This document shows, one piece after another, positions 9,666 to 19,478 of a stretch of DNA of 64,000 nt. The notes beneath the pieces are model-generated. The model saw nothing but the letters and a program-made list of their open reading frames with translations. It did not search any database and had not been told where the DNA came from. The number at the start of each line of letters is the position of its first letter. Position 1 is the stretch's first letter. Origin of the DNA: a virus; IMG/VR virus record IMGVR_UViG_3300017714_002439. One strand, given 5' to 3'. Made by a program: the position numbers and the translations under genes.

Positions 9666-10758
9666 TAAAATTTCAAAAAATAACAATTTACTTAGTTTTA
9701 AAGGACAAAGTGTTATTACACCGTGGGACAGATTAAAGAAGTTTATCTTTAGTCCATATCCAATAGTTTACGTAGATCAAAAAACAACAGATACAGATTT
9801 GTTAATAGAACACGTAGCAGATTATACAGGTAAAACAGATATGGTATGGGTTGTTGTTAATGGCACAACTTTAAATCCTAATTTTCCTTGGCACTATAAA
9901 CCAAGTGATGTAGGACACAATGTTATACATAAATTTCCAAAAGTAATTAAAAGAACAGGACGTCCTGTAAATTGGGGAGATATTCAATTAGTCCCAACAG
10001 GCGGAGTAATACATGGAACAGTAAAAAATAAAGTGATAGGTTCTTATCACGAAGCAGATTTTGATATTGTTATGATTAGCTTCCATGAAGCTGAAGCAGA
10101 TGCAAATTATCAAAAATTAAAATTAAGGTTTCCAGATGCTATTCACGTAAAAAATATTGAAGGTATTGGAAACGCACATAAAAAAGCAGGTGAGATGGCA
10201 AAATCAGAAATGGTATATATTGTTGATGCAGATGCAGACATACATGATGATTTTTGTTTTGACTATATTCCACCTATGGCAAAACGTGCCAATACAACAT
10301 ATGTTTGGTATGCAAAAAATCCAGTTAACGATTTAAAATATGGGTATGGTGGAGTTAAGTTATTTCCAAGACAACAAATTATGGAAATGGGACACGTTCT
10401 TCCAGACTTTAGCACAGGTTCAGCATTTTATCAACCTGTAAGAGACGTTTCTAACACAACAAGATTCAATAGAGATCCTTTTAGAACATGGCGTAGTGCA
10501 TTTCGCGAGTGCGTAAAACTAGCATCACAAATTAATCCTAATGCTCCAGTTAAAGAAACCGAAGATCGGTTAAAAACATGGTGTGAGGTTGATAATGGTG
10601 AACGTTTTGGACGTTATTGTATTAAAGGTGCCAACGAAGGCAAAGCATATGGAGAAGCAAACAAAGATGATGTAGAAGCTCTAAATAAAATTAATGATTT
10701 TGAGTGGTTACGTGAACAGTTTGTAGAAAGTATGAAAAAACGTATTAGTGCCAACTAA
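9658..10758 (+). CDS. Glycosyltransferase-like protein with duplicated GT-A domain
   Basis: C-terminal half FDIVMISFHE...MVYIVDADA (DxD); N-terminal half is a degenerate copy (MVWVVVNGT). Confidence 0.65.
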   Translation: MISKISKNNNLLSFKGQSVITPWDRLKKFIFSPYPIVYVDQKTTDTDLLIEHVADYTGKTDMVWVVVNGTTLNPNFPWHYKPSDVGHNVIHKFPKVIKRTGRPVNWGDIQLVPTGGVIHGTVKNKVIGSYHEADFDIVMISFHEAEADANYQKLKLRFPDAIHVKNIEGIGNAHKKAGEMAKSEMVYIVDADADIHDDFCFDYIPPMAKRANTTYVWYAKNPVNDLKYGYGGVKLFPRQQIMEMGHVLPDFSTGSAFYQPVRDVSNTTRFNRDPFRTWRSAFRECVKLASQINPNAPVKETEDRLKTWCEVDNGERFGRYCIKGANEGKAYGEANKDDVEALNKINDFEWLREQFVESMKKRISAN

Positions 10759-10788
10759 TTAAAATTCCTTAAAAGTAAACTAACTTAG

Positions 10789-10822
10789 AAACTATCTATG
10801 CATTTGCGTAGATAGTTTTTAT
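10789..10822. terminator. Hairpin at convergent junction (probable bidirectional terminator)
   Basis: aaactatctatgc-attt-gcgtagatagttt plus T-tract. Confidence 0.65.
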
Positions 10823-11215
10823 TTTCTTTAAAAAATCCTTTGATTTACACTGTATCTTTGCACCCGGATGTAATGGTTTAGGCCACTTGCCTATATCAAC
10901 CCAAGCAAACCCATCGCTTTCATCATTTAAACTAGGTATAAACTCATTACTAACAGTAACAACAAAACTGTTATATATAAATCTACCATTGCTACTAGTA
11001 AATTTACTTATTGGAATAGTTTTTACTGATTTAGGCCATTTGCCTATTTCTTCTTCAACTTCTCGTTTTAGTGTTTCAATGGGTCTTTCGTCTTTTTCAC
11101 TTTTGCCACCAAAAAACCCCCAAGTTTTTGGATGAGTAACATTGTTACTTCTAAGTTGTAATAAAATTCTTCCTGTGTCTATGCTTAAAAAGATACAGCC
11201 ACTTGCTTCTATCAT
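10796..11215 (-). CDS. NUDIX hydrolase
   Basis: Nudix box GGKSEKDERPIETLKREVEEEIG. Confidence 0.9.
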   Translation of the reverse strand: MIEASGCIFLSIDTGRILLQLRSNNVTHPKTWGFFGGKSEKDERPIETLKREVEEEIGKWPKSVKTIPISKFTSSNGRFIYNSFVVTVSNEFIPSLNDESDGFAWVDIGKWPKPLHPGAKIQCKSKDFLKKIKTIYANA

Positions 11216-12582
11216 TATAAATAGATTCTCCAGAATCCTGCATTGTATACAGCCTCATAGCTATTAACCCATTCTTTACCATTCCACTCTAATTGATCTT
11301 GGGTTGTTAGGTTAAGGCAATGATGTTTAGTTGATTGATTTGCACTAGCATTAAATACTATTGACCAACCACTGCCGTCAAATTCTACAATATCATATTT
11401 ATTAGCAGTTGATAATCCATTCCAATTTGAACTAACTGGAATTGAATCCATTAATAAGTATCTAACTCCTACATTATTTGGAGTAGGAACAGTTCCATCT
11501 CCTGGATAGTTTACCATACCATTTATTACACCGTCAATTGGTTGTAATGTATTAGTTGGCAGTGTTGTTTGGTCTATAGTTACTGATAATTTTTGAGGAT
11601 TATTTGGATGCTCAAATAGTTTTCCTATAATATCATTATCATTATCACCTGGATCTGAACTTTTTCTTAGTCTAATTTGACTGATACCGTTACGTAATAC
11701 TCCAAATTTCTTTAAATCTTCTTCCCATGTAATTTGTTGATCACTTGAATCTAAGTTAGATCCATCAAGAGCAAGTAATGTTACTTCATTATCCTCATAT
11801 CTAATTTTTCTGTTTTCAAATGTAACAACAGTATATTCTAGTGTAGATTTATCAAATGATTCATTTTCTCTAAAACTATCTAAGTCTGCGTCATCTAAAT
11901 TATACATTTGATTAATAATTGTGTGTATAAGTTTTTGTTGTTTAACCTTTGCAGGTGGATTAATTAATACAGGCATATCAAATCCTATTGATGCAACATC
12001 AATAATATCATCTATGCTACTACCTATACTTCTAGTGCTCCATGTAGTGTTTACCATTTCTACATAACTCAATGAACTCCAGTCATATGGATTACTTGAG
12101 GTTTTAATATCAAGTGTTGGATTGAATAATACAAGTATTTGTTCCATTAGTTGTAATTTTTGTTCTGTGTTTGATGTCCATATGTCACAGTTCATTGATA
12201 ACTTATAAGTAACTGGGTTATGTCGTTCAATGGTATATCTATTACCTGGTTCGTTTGAATACTCACCTGTAGTATCATCATATTTCTTTTCTATGACTTG
12301 AACCTTATCTACATGAGATTGTAATGTTCTTAGTTCCGGCGCCATTGCTAAATTAGTTACATAACAACTGATAAAAGGAACGGTGTTAACAATGTTTTCA
12401 CTGTTCTCTCTAGTTATGTGTGCTGCCATACGATTAATATCACCATAACGAACAGGAACTAATTGCATTTGTGCTAGTCCATTTTCGTCTTTGCCCATTT
12501 GCACACTAAATCCACTAAACAGTCTTATAAACTGTTGAATGTATCTTCTAATCTGCCTGTCGTAAAAAAATTGTTGTGCCAT
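11215..12582 (-). CDS. Tail completion/sheath stabiliser, T4 gp15-like
   Basis: N-terminus FFYDRQIRRYIQQFIRLFSGF and VPVRYG resemble gp15; adjacent to the gp14-like gene. Confidence 0.65.
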   Translation of the reverse strand: MAQQFFYDRQIRRYIQQFIRLFSGFSVQMGKDENGLAQMQLVPVRYGDINRMAAHITRENSENIVNTVPFISCYVTNLAMAPELRTLQSHVDKVQVIEKKYDDTTGEYSNEPGNRYTIERHNPVTYKLSMNCDIWTSNTEQKLQLMEQILVLFNPTLDIKTSSNPYDWSSLSYVEMVNTTWSTRSIGSSIDDIIDVASIGFDMPVLINPPAKVKQQKLIHTIINQMYNLDDADLDSFRENESFDKSTLEYTVVTFENRKIRYEDNEVTLLALDGSNLDSSDQQITWEEDLKKFGVLRNGISQIRLRKSSDPGDNDNDIIGKLFEHPNNPQKLSVTIDQTTLPTNTLQPIDGVINGMVNYPGDGTVPTPNNVGVRYLLMDSIPVSSNWNGLSTANKYDIVEFDGSGWSIVFNASANQSTKHHCLNLTTQDQLEWNGKEWVNSYEAVYNAGFWRIYL

Positions 12583-12591
12583 TGTTTATTC

Positions 12592-13674
12592 CTAAAAGTC
12601 TGAATCTAACCCTTTTTTCTTAGGGTCTATTACTTTGCTTAGTGCTTGTCTTTCTGGTTGTTCTTCATTAGATACAACTGTTGTTGCATTGTTATTAATA
12701 AAGTCACCAGCATTATAAGTTTTGTCAGACCAAGTTTTTCCTGTAATATTATCATATAGTCTATGCCATCTACTTCCTCTAAAAACAAATAGTCTTTTTG
12801 GATTGAAGTCACTTCTTATAAAGTATTCACCATCATTTGGATCTTGTGGAAACTGATCACCTTGTGCTAATACTTCTCCATGCTCATACTCTGGTTCATT
12901 CCCATCAGGAACTCCAAATAGATGTTCAGCTAATGGTAAATTATTTGGATTGGCAGCTTCTGCAGATGCCACAATAGCATTACTAATGTTCATTTCAGTT
13001 TCATATGAACTTAGGCTTTGTTTTAAGCTATTTGGATCATTAGCAGTGCCAAGTATATCTTGGTATTCTTGTGTATCTGTTAATGGTGCTACTTTAACTC
13101 TCCAAATGTGCGGATACCAAGTTTGTGAAAATCCTTCACTTCCTCTTGCGGCATCTTGCACTACATAAAATTTATTAACAGCATCTCTGTCGGTGCTTAA
13201 TAGTAATTCATCACGTAAGTGTGGTAATTCTAATACATCACCTGGCATTAATCTTCTACCAAGTTTTTGAACCATGTCATTAATATGAAATGTAATGAAT
13301 AATGTATCGTTTGTTAGGAATAAACCAAACTGTGTTAAGTCAAAGTCGTTATCACTTACATTATATACGCCACGCAATTCAAAAATATCAGGATCGTATT
13401 TACGATCTCTGTTTTCCATGAATAATAAGTCTTGGATTCTAGTTTCATCTACTAAACCTTCTGGATTAATTTCTTCACCAGATAGCATATCCTTTTGTAA
13501 CCCACTTTTATAGTTAGGTTCACTAGGATCGCTAGTTGTATTATCAGAATCAGGGCCAAGATACTTATGGACATGGACCGCAGTGCCGCCAATTAGGAAC
13601 TGTTCTAGGATACTCCTATCCATGAAGTTATAATCATTGCTTTTATATGGTTTATATAGACTTAGTCTGGGCAT
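12592..13674 (-). CDS. Neck protein, T4 gp14-like
   Basis: LFMENRDRKYD, DLTQFGLFLTNDTLFITF and PGDVLELP motifs; late promoter upstream. Confidence 0.6.
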   Translation of the reverse strand: MPRLSLYKPYKSNDYNFMDRSILEQFLIGGTAVHVHKYLGPDSDNTTSDPSEPNYKSGLQKDMLSGEEINPEGLVDETRIQDLLFMENRDRKYDPDIFELRGVYNVSDNDFDLTQFGLFLTNDTLFITFHINDMVQKLGRRLMPGDVLELPHLRDELLLSTDRDAVNKFYVVQDAARGSEGFSQTWYPHIWRVKVAPLTDTQEYQDILGTANDPNSLKQSLSSYETEMNISNAIVASAEAANPNNLPLAEHLFGVPDGNEPEYEHGEVLAQGDQFPQDPNDGEYFIRSDFNPKRLFVFRGSRWHRLYDNITGKTWSDKTYNAGDFINNNATTVVSNEEQPERQALSKVIDPKKKGLDSDF

Positions 13675-13698
13675 ATTTGGTTTTCCTATTATATACAG

Positions 13699-13706
13699 TA
13701 TTTATG
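13699..13706 (-). promoter_or_regulatory. Late promoter
   Basis: CATAAATA on the minus strand upstream of 13674. Confidence 0.6.
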
Positions 13707-13782
13707 CCAAGTGAACTCTTATAACATGCTAAATAGTTATATGCGTAGTTAATCTTAACTAGCATTATAAAGAGGAAAAATT

Positions 13783-14754
13783 ATGTTTAGATTTTTTACA
13801 GTAAAAAAATGGGCTTTATGGTCCTGGCTAGGATCAGCAATAATCCTATCATCGCTTTGGATACAAGTTGAAATTGATGTTAAGATTAACGAATGGTTTG
13901 GCCAATTTTATGATATGATTCAAAAAGCATTAGCAACACCAAACGCAATTACTATAGGTGAGTATTGGGCTAGTTTAGCCAGTTTCTTATACTTGGCGGC
14001 TATTTACGTTGGTATTGCTGTTGTAGTAAGTTTCTTTACAGCACACTATCTATTTAGATGGCGAACTGCAATGGTTGAATGGTATCATAGTGTATATGAC
14101 AAAGCTAGAACTATCGAAGGTGCCGCACAAAGGGTGCAAGAAGATACTATTAAGTTTAGTAGAATTATGGAAGGACTTGGAACAAGTTTTATCGAATCAA
14201 TTATGGTTCTAGTTCAGTTTGTTCCTATTCTATTAGGACTAAGTGTTGGTATTCCTATCTTCTTCTTTGGTGATTGGCAATATGGACTTGTTACAGGTGC
14301 TATTGTTTGGTCAGTAGGTGGAACATTATTCTTAATCGCACTAGGTTGGTTACTACGACTTGTGGGTGTTGAATATGACTTACAAAAGAAAGAAGCAGCA
14401 TATCGAAAGATACTAGTTATTGCAGAAGATGACGGTAATGTTAGACCAAAGACTATTAACGAACTCTTCCAAGATGTTCGTTCAATTCACTTTAAGTCTT
14501 ATTTGCGTTATTTGTATTTTAATGTAGGACGAATTACATATTTACAAGCAAATGTGTTATCAGCTTATGTGTTCTTGGCACCAGCTATTGTAGCCGGTGT
14601 TGTAACACTAGGTGTAATGCAACAGATTATTAGAGCGTTTGGACGTGTTGAAGGTTCTATGCAATATCTCTTTAGAGCGTGGCCAACACTTATCGAATTA
14701 ATGAGTGTGTTTAAGCGTTTAAGAGAATTTGAACGACAAATAAACGAAAAATAA
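13783..14754 (+). CDS. sbmA: SbmA/BacA-family inner-membrane peptide transporter
   Basis: Multi-TM protein with family-diagnostic segments INEWFGQFYDMIQKAL, HYLFRWRTAM, IEGAAQRVQEDT, EAAYRK.LV..EDD and ELMSVFKRLREFE; RBS gagga. Confidence 0.85.
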   Translation: MFRFFTVKKWALWSWLGSAIILSSLWIQVEIDVKINEWFGQFYDMIQKALATPNAITIGEYWASLASFLYLAAIYVGIAVVVSFFTAHYLFRWRTAMVEWYHSVYDKARTIEGAAQRVQEDTIKFSRIMEGLGTSFIESIMVLVQFVPILLGLSVGIPIFFFGDWQYGLVTGAIVWSVGGTLFLIALGWLLRLVGVEYDLQKKEAAYRKILVIAEDDGNVRPKTINELFQDVRSIHFKSYLRYLYFNVGRITYLQANVLSAYVFLAPAIVAGVVTLGVMQQIIRAFGRVEGSMQYLFRAWPTLIELMSVFKRLREFERQINEK

Positions 14755-14778
14755 TTTAAGAAAAATTATAACCTATTG

Positions 14779-14808
14779 AAAACCCAAGATTCTTTTCTTG
14801 GGTTTTTT
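14779..14808 (+). terminator. Intrinsic terminator after sbmA
   Basis: aaaacccaaga-ttcttt-tcttgggtttt plus T run. Confidence 0.8.
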
Positions 14809-14809
14809 C

Positions 14810-14838
14810 TTGACAAATGCACCAAGATATCTTATACT
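14810..14838 (+). promoter_or_regulatory. sigma70 early promoter
   Basis: TTGACA-N17-TATACT; contains AAGA-TA-TCTT. Confidence 0.8.
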
Positions 14839-14869
14839 GTATAAGTAAACTAAGTAAAAAGGAAGAAAA

Positions 14870-15298
14870 ATGTCTAAAGCACTAGGAAAATTTGACGATA
14901 CAGTAGATGATATGATATTGCACTTTGAAGAAGTAAAATTCGAAGACGTTGACGATATGACACTTGAGATTGAACATTGGAATGATCTTAAATGGCAACA
15001 AGGTTATCAAACTGTTTGGTCATTGTTTCAAGGTATTATGCCTTTGGAGCAAGAAATTTTTACTAATAAGCCTCGAATTGTTTCATACAAAGTTATTAGT
15101 GAACTTGGTGATACTTTTGAAGATACTAAATATCAAACATTTACTTGCATGGCCAAAGATGGCACAGTTGGTGGGCTTTGGGCCGCTGCAGAAAGTTGTT
15201 TTAAGCAAGCCAAACTTGCATTAGACGATTGGCATTACTTTGTTGAAGATTTTACAGTGCTAGACGATGGTAACCTTGAACTTGTTACTGGTAGTTAA
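14870..15298 (+). CDS. Hypothetical early protein
   Basis: RBS aagga; acidic 142 aa; no motif. Confidence 0.7.
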   Translation: MSKALGKFDDTVDDMILHFEEVKFEDVDDMTLEIEHWNDLKWQQGYQTVWSLFQGIMPLEQEIFTNKPRIVSYKVISELGDTFEDTKYQTFTCMAKDGTVGGLWAAAESCFKQAKLALDDWHYFVEDFTVLDDGNLELVTGS

Positions 15299-15307
15299 CG
15301 GTAACGG

Positions 15308-15336
15308 TTGACAATACAGAAGATCTGTAATATTAT
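15308..15336 (+). promoter_or_regulatory. sigma70 early promoter
   Basis: TTGACA-N17-TATTAT; spacer palindrome TACAGA-AGA-TCTGTA. Confidence 0.75.
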
Positions 15337-15370
15337 ATTTTAAGAATTTCATTATCATAGGAGAAGCTAC

Positions 15371-16675
15371 ATGGCAACTACAAACTTAAAGCCTCGAAAG
15401 AAAAAGGCGCCACGTAGAGCACCACATATTAAGCGAGGTGCAAAACTTGAAGCTCCAACTTGGGAAGGTTGGGAAGAACTTACAGGTGAACAATTTCATC
15501 GCAAGGCAACAGCTGCACGTGAGTGGTATTATCATAATTATAAGCCAGTAGATCTTTATCCGGCTGTTGAAGAATGGATGAAGCAACAAGGAGAAGAGTT
15601 CTCTAAAGAAGATATAAAAGCAGTTAAGGCTGCACCTGGATATTCTTTAAGTGTAACAGCAGGAATTACAGCCAAATTGTTGTTAGCAGGCATGCCCGCT
15701 TATAACGAAAAAGAAGATAAGTATTGGGAATCGTTGCCTGGCACAATGGGTAATCTTAAACCAGCAACAGAGTTTTTACGAAAGCAAATTAATATCGCAA
15801 TTGAGGCAGGTAAGCCAATACTTGCTGCAAAGAAAGAAGTTGTAAAAGAAAAAGCAAATACATATCAACCTAGTATACAAGAACGTATGCGTGAAGCATG
15901 TGTTATAATGGCAGATGGTATAGAAAATTTTGTAAATATATTCCTAACAGAATATGATGAAAAACTAATGAAAGATTTTGAGCCAGTAAAAATTCTACGT
16001 AGAGAGAATTGCAAGGCCGGACATGCACGTTTAATTAAAACTTGGTATCAAGGTGAGCGTGACGAAATTTATGATTTGGTAAATTTTCCTACTAGTGCTA
16101 AACTAAAGAAGATGAGCGAAGAAGATCAAGATTTGTATGCTCAGCTTAAAGAAGGATATGATCATCTAACACCTAAGCAAGCAAAAACTATACTAGAAAT
16201 GTATCAACGTATTGTGGATGCATGTGATATTATTACAGTAGAAAGTAAAGCACATCGTAAGCCACGCAAAGCAAAATTTAAGCCTGCAGATCAGCTTATT
16301 AAGAAACTTAATTATAAACTTAGTGATAGTAATTATGGGATTGCAAGTATTCCACCTGAAAAACTTATTGGAGCCAACATTGCATTAATATTTAATTGCA
16401 AAAATCGTAAGATTGGCCTTTACTATGCAAGCAACATAGATCCGCTAAATATGGGTAGAGAAGGATCAGGCTTTAGTGTTAAAGGAACAACGCTACAAGG
16501 CTATAACGAAGCAAAAAGTGTGCAACGCACAGTTCGTAAAACAGATGAGTTTTTACCAATGATTAAAAAGACTACAAAGTCTAAAACAGAAAAAATGTTT
16601 GCTACATTAAAAACAACAGAGACAAAACTTAATGGTCGTTTTAATAACGAAACAGTGATATTGGCGGTATTTTAA
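15371..16675 (+). CDS. Hypothetical protein (434 aa, basic N-terminus)
   Basis: RBS aggag; long ORF; no recognised motif. Confidence 0.75.
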   Translation: MATTNLKPRKKKAPRRAPHIKRGAKLEAPTWEGWEELTGEQFHRKATAAREWYYHNYKPVDLYPAVEEWMKQQGEEFSKEDIKAVKAAPGYSLSVTAGITAKLLLAGMPAYNEKEDKYWESLPGTMGNLKPATEFLRKQINIAIEAGKPILAAKKEVVKEKANTYQPSIQERMREACVIMADGIENFVNIFLTEYDEKLMKDFEPVKILRRENCKAGHARLIKTWYQGERDEIYDLVNFPTSAKLKKMSEEDQDLYAQLKEGYDHLTPKQAKTILEMYQRIVDACDIITVESKAHRKPRKAKFKPADQLIKKLNYKLSDSNYGIASIPPEKLIGANIALIFNCKNRKIGLYYASNIDPLNMGREGSGFSVKGTTLQGYNEAKSVQRTVRKTDEFLPMIKKTTKSKTEKMFATLKTTETKLNGRFNNETVILAVF

Positions 16676-17283
16676 TGTTTATGAATCCTTACGAAATATT
16701 TGAAAGAGATGAAGATGATAAATTTGGCATCATAGTAGATTGTAAGCATACAGAGACACCTTCTGTTGATATGGAATTAGATCAGAAGTTAGGACATATA
16801 ACATTAGAATCTGCCAGACAAGCAGGGTTTAAAAATATTATATTATTTGAAGATCGTGGAGATTTTGATATAGCCGCATCAGAATTAACAAAGCTAGGAG
16901 TATGGAAAGTTATATATGTATTCTCTGGAACACTATTTGGAAAGAAGAGTATAAGGAGTATAAGGAGATTCCCACATCTAAGTGCATTTGTAAAAGATAA
17001 TTTTGTTTTTAGAAAGTTCTTTATATTTGAAACTGAAAAGTATAAGTTTTTTGATATTAGAGATCCATTTCTAGGAAATGTAGTAGATGAATTGACACAT
17101 GTAAGTATGGATCAATTAGATATAACCTACTTAAATCCATATGAGGATAATTATCAGTTTTTAGAAACTCTAGCTAATGGTAAAGTGCCAGATATTGATA
17201 CGTTATTAACAAAATCTGAAGTAGATCGCAAATATGCAGAGGTTATAGTGAAACTTTCTGAGGACTTACTGATAAATACATAG
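16675..17283 (+). CDS. Hypothetical protein
   Basis: Start overlaps upstream stop (TAATG). Confidence 0.65.
   Translation: MFMNPYEIFERDEDDKFGIIVDCKHTETPSVDMELDQKLGHITLESARQAGFKNIILFEDRGDFDIAASELTKLGVWKVIYVFSGTLFGKKSIRSIRRFPHLSAFVKDNFVFRKFFIFETEKYKFFDIRDPFLGNVVDELTHVSMDQLDITYLNPYEDNYQFLETLANGKVPDIDTLLTKSEVDRKYAEVIVKLSEDLLINT
17271..17278 (+). promoter_or_regulatory. Late promoter
   Basis: GATAAATA upstream of 17315. Confidence 0.6.
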
Positions 17284-17314
17284 TAAGGAAAACAAATTCC
17301 AGGAGAATGTATTC

Positions 17315-18052
17315 ATGAGTAAAAAAGCAGAGCTACAAAAAGAGATCGAACTTCGTTTAGGCGGAGGAATGGTTGATGTTGAACTTGATCCAGAACATTA
17401 CGAACTTGCTGTAAGAAAAAGTCTTGAGAAATATAGACAGCGAAGTGAAAATGCAGTAGAAGAAAGTTTTATTATTTTAGATCTACTAGAAGACCAAAGC
17501 GAATACACACTCCCAAATGAAGTTATTGAAGTGCGTGATATATACAGACGCACAACAGGTGTAAGTGCAGGATCAGGTAACGATTTTGAACCTTTTCAAT
17601 CAGCATATATGCAAACATACCTACTTGGATCATCACGCAAAGGTAGTTTAGCTACATTTGATTTCCTACAACAAAGCAGAGAAACAATGGGCCGCTTGTT
17701 TGGAGCAGAGCTTATGTTTACTTGGCGTCCACAAGATAAAAAACTTATCATACATAGAAAACTTAAAGCAAATGATAATGCAGTTCTTTGGTGTTACAAC
17801 TACAGAACAGACGAGAGCCTAATTAGCGATCAATATGCAGGTCCTTGGCTTAAAGATTACTCACTGTGTCATGCAAAACTTATGATATCAGAAGCACGTG
17901 GTAAATTTACACAGATTGCAGGTCCACAAGGTGGAACTACAATGAATGCAGATCAACTTAGATCTGATGCAATGGCAGAAATCGATAAATTAGAAACTGA
18001 GCTAACATTATACAGTGATGGACAAAGCGGCTTAGGTTTTGTTATCGGATAA
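17315..18052 (+). CDS. Neck protein, T4 gp13-like
   Basis: ELQKEIELRLGGGMVDVELDPEHYELAVRKSLEKY matches the gp13 N-terminal pattern; C-terminal RGKF...GPQGGTTMNADQL. Confidence 0.75.
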   Translation: MSKKAELQKEIELRLGGGMVDVELDPEHYELAVRKSLEKYRQRSENAVEESFIILDLLEDQSEYTLPNEVIEVRDIYRRTTGVSAGSGNDFEPFQSAYMQTYLLGSSRKGSLATFDFLQQSRETMGRLFGAELMFTWRPQDKKLIIHRKLKANDNAVLWCYNYRTDESLISDQYAGPWLKDYSLCHAKLMISEARGKFTQIAGPQGGTTMNADQLRSDAMAEIDKLETELTLYSDGQSGLGFVIG

Positions 18053-18055
18053 TAC

Positions 18056-18084
18056 TTGACAAATACTCCTATTTCTTTTATAAT
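18056..18084 (+). promoter_or_regulatory. sigma70 promoter
   Basis: TTGACA-N17-TATAAT. Confidence 0.85.
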
Positions 18085-18107
18085 ATATTAAAGTATAGGA
18101 GATCTTA

Positions 18108-18725
18108 ATGAAAAATGTAATTGGTATATGTGGACTAATAGGACACGGTAAAGATACAGCGGCCGGATTCTTAATTGAAGAAGGTTTTCAACGTATTAGT
18201 TTTGCCGGTGTGTTAAAAGATGCATGTGCTAACATATTTCAATGGGATAGAATACTACTAGAAGGCAATACTCCAGAAAGCAGAGTTTGGAGAGAAACTG
18301 TTGATGAATGGTGGGCAGAGCGTTTAAGTATTCCTAACTTCACACCCAGACTAGCACTACAGCAAGTAGGCACAGATGTTATGCGTAGACATTTTCATCC
18401 AGATATATGGGTAGCGGCATGTGAACGTCAAATTGCAATGACAGATAAAAACGTTGTTATTAGTGATTGTAGATTCTTTAATGAACTAAACGTAATAAAA
18501 CGTTTTGGCGGAACTACCGCAGTTGTTTGGCGAGATAGCGAACCCGAATGGTGGGGAAGTGCGTGTAAGGCAAACACAGAACATGCACCACACATAATGG
18601 AAACACAATACCCAAGTGTTCACCCTAGTGAATGGAGCTGGGCTGGTTGGGCATTTGATAAACAGATTAACAATATTGGCACATTAGAAGATTTACGCCA
18701 ACAAACACTAAAATACTTATTGTAA
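18108..18725 (+). CDS. Deoxynucleoside monophosphate kinase (T4 gp1-like)
   Basis: P-loop IGICGLIGHGKDT, SFAGVLKD, PRLALQQVGTD, VVISDCRFFNE. Confidence 0.85.
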   Translation: MKNVIGICGLIGHGKDTAAGFLIEEGFQRISFAGVLKDACANIFQWDRILLEGNTPESRVWRETVDEWWAERLSIPNFTPRLALQQVGTDVMRRHFHPDIWVAACERQIAMTDKNVVISDCRFFNELNVIKRFGGTTAVVWRDSEPEWWGSACKANTEHAPHIMETQYPSVHPSEWSWAGWAFDKQINNIGTLEDLRQQTLKYLL

Positions 18726-18731
18726 TAAATA
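18724..18731 (+). promoter_or_regulatory. Late promoter
   Basis: AATAAATA upstream of 18759. Confidence 0.45.
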
Positions 18732-18758
18732 CATACTATACAATAAGGAATACTCATA

Positions 18759-19373
18759 ATGCGAAACGATTATTACAATGACTCTTTGTTAAAAGAGGTT
18801 TCTAGTTGTCAACGAAACTTTGATCAAAGTAAGCCCATTGAAAGCGAAAAAATGGCTATCTTAGATGAATGGGCTAGTAAACCACCACAGCAAACAGGCA
18901 CACTAAATTGCACAGTGATTAAAATTACCAATCTAGATTGCACAATACATCTAAGCAAATTATTACGTGGTAAAGCAACATATGTAAGAGATAAAATATA
19001 TCAGCCACAAATACATGGAAATGTATGCTATGTTTGGACGGCTTCAAGTGATCCAGACAATGGAGCTGATTTTACTTCAGGATTTGAAAGTGGATTGTTA
19101 GCCGTAAAAGCAACTATGCTAGGACTTAAAACTGGTTTTGCTAAATGTGGTTTAGCATACGATCCATCAGATCAATCTCCAGACTGGAATACATGGAAAC
19201 ATACGTGGGGAATAGATCACAAAAAACATAATAGATTTTTATTTGCAATGGGTATAGGCTACCCCTTGGAAGACAAGCCTTATTATTGGTCAGAAGGTAA
19301 TAACAAAACTGAAGGTAATGAACATTATCATAACAAACCAAATTGGGTAGATCTTACGGTAATAGACCAATAA
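18759..19373 (+). CDS. Nitroreductase-fold protein
   Basis: CQRNFDQSKPI, ATMLGLKTGFAKC, FAMGIGYP. Confidence 0.55.
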   Translation: MRNDYYNDSLLKEVSSCQRNFDQSKPIESEKMAILDEWASKPPQQTGTLNCTVIKITNLDCTIHLSKLLRGKATYVRDKIYQPQIHGNVCYVWTASSDPDNGADFTSGFESGLLAVKATMLGLKTGFAKCGLAYDPSDQSPDWNTWKHTWGIDHKKHNRFLFAMGIGYPLEDKPYYWSEGNNKTEGNEHYHNKPNWVDLTVIDQ

Positions 19374-19428
19374 TACCATAATAAACTATATACTTAACTC
19401 TGTAACCACCCCTTTTTACGGCACCTAC

Positions 19429-19436
19429 CATAAATA
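19429..19436 (+). promoter_or_regulatory. Late promoter
   Basis: CATAAATA upstream of the sheath gene. Confidence 0.65.
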
Positions 19437-19478
19437 CATGTAGACACGATTCTACGTTTTTAATAAAGGAGCTAAATT

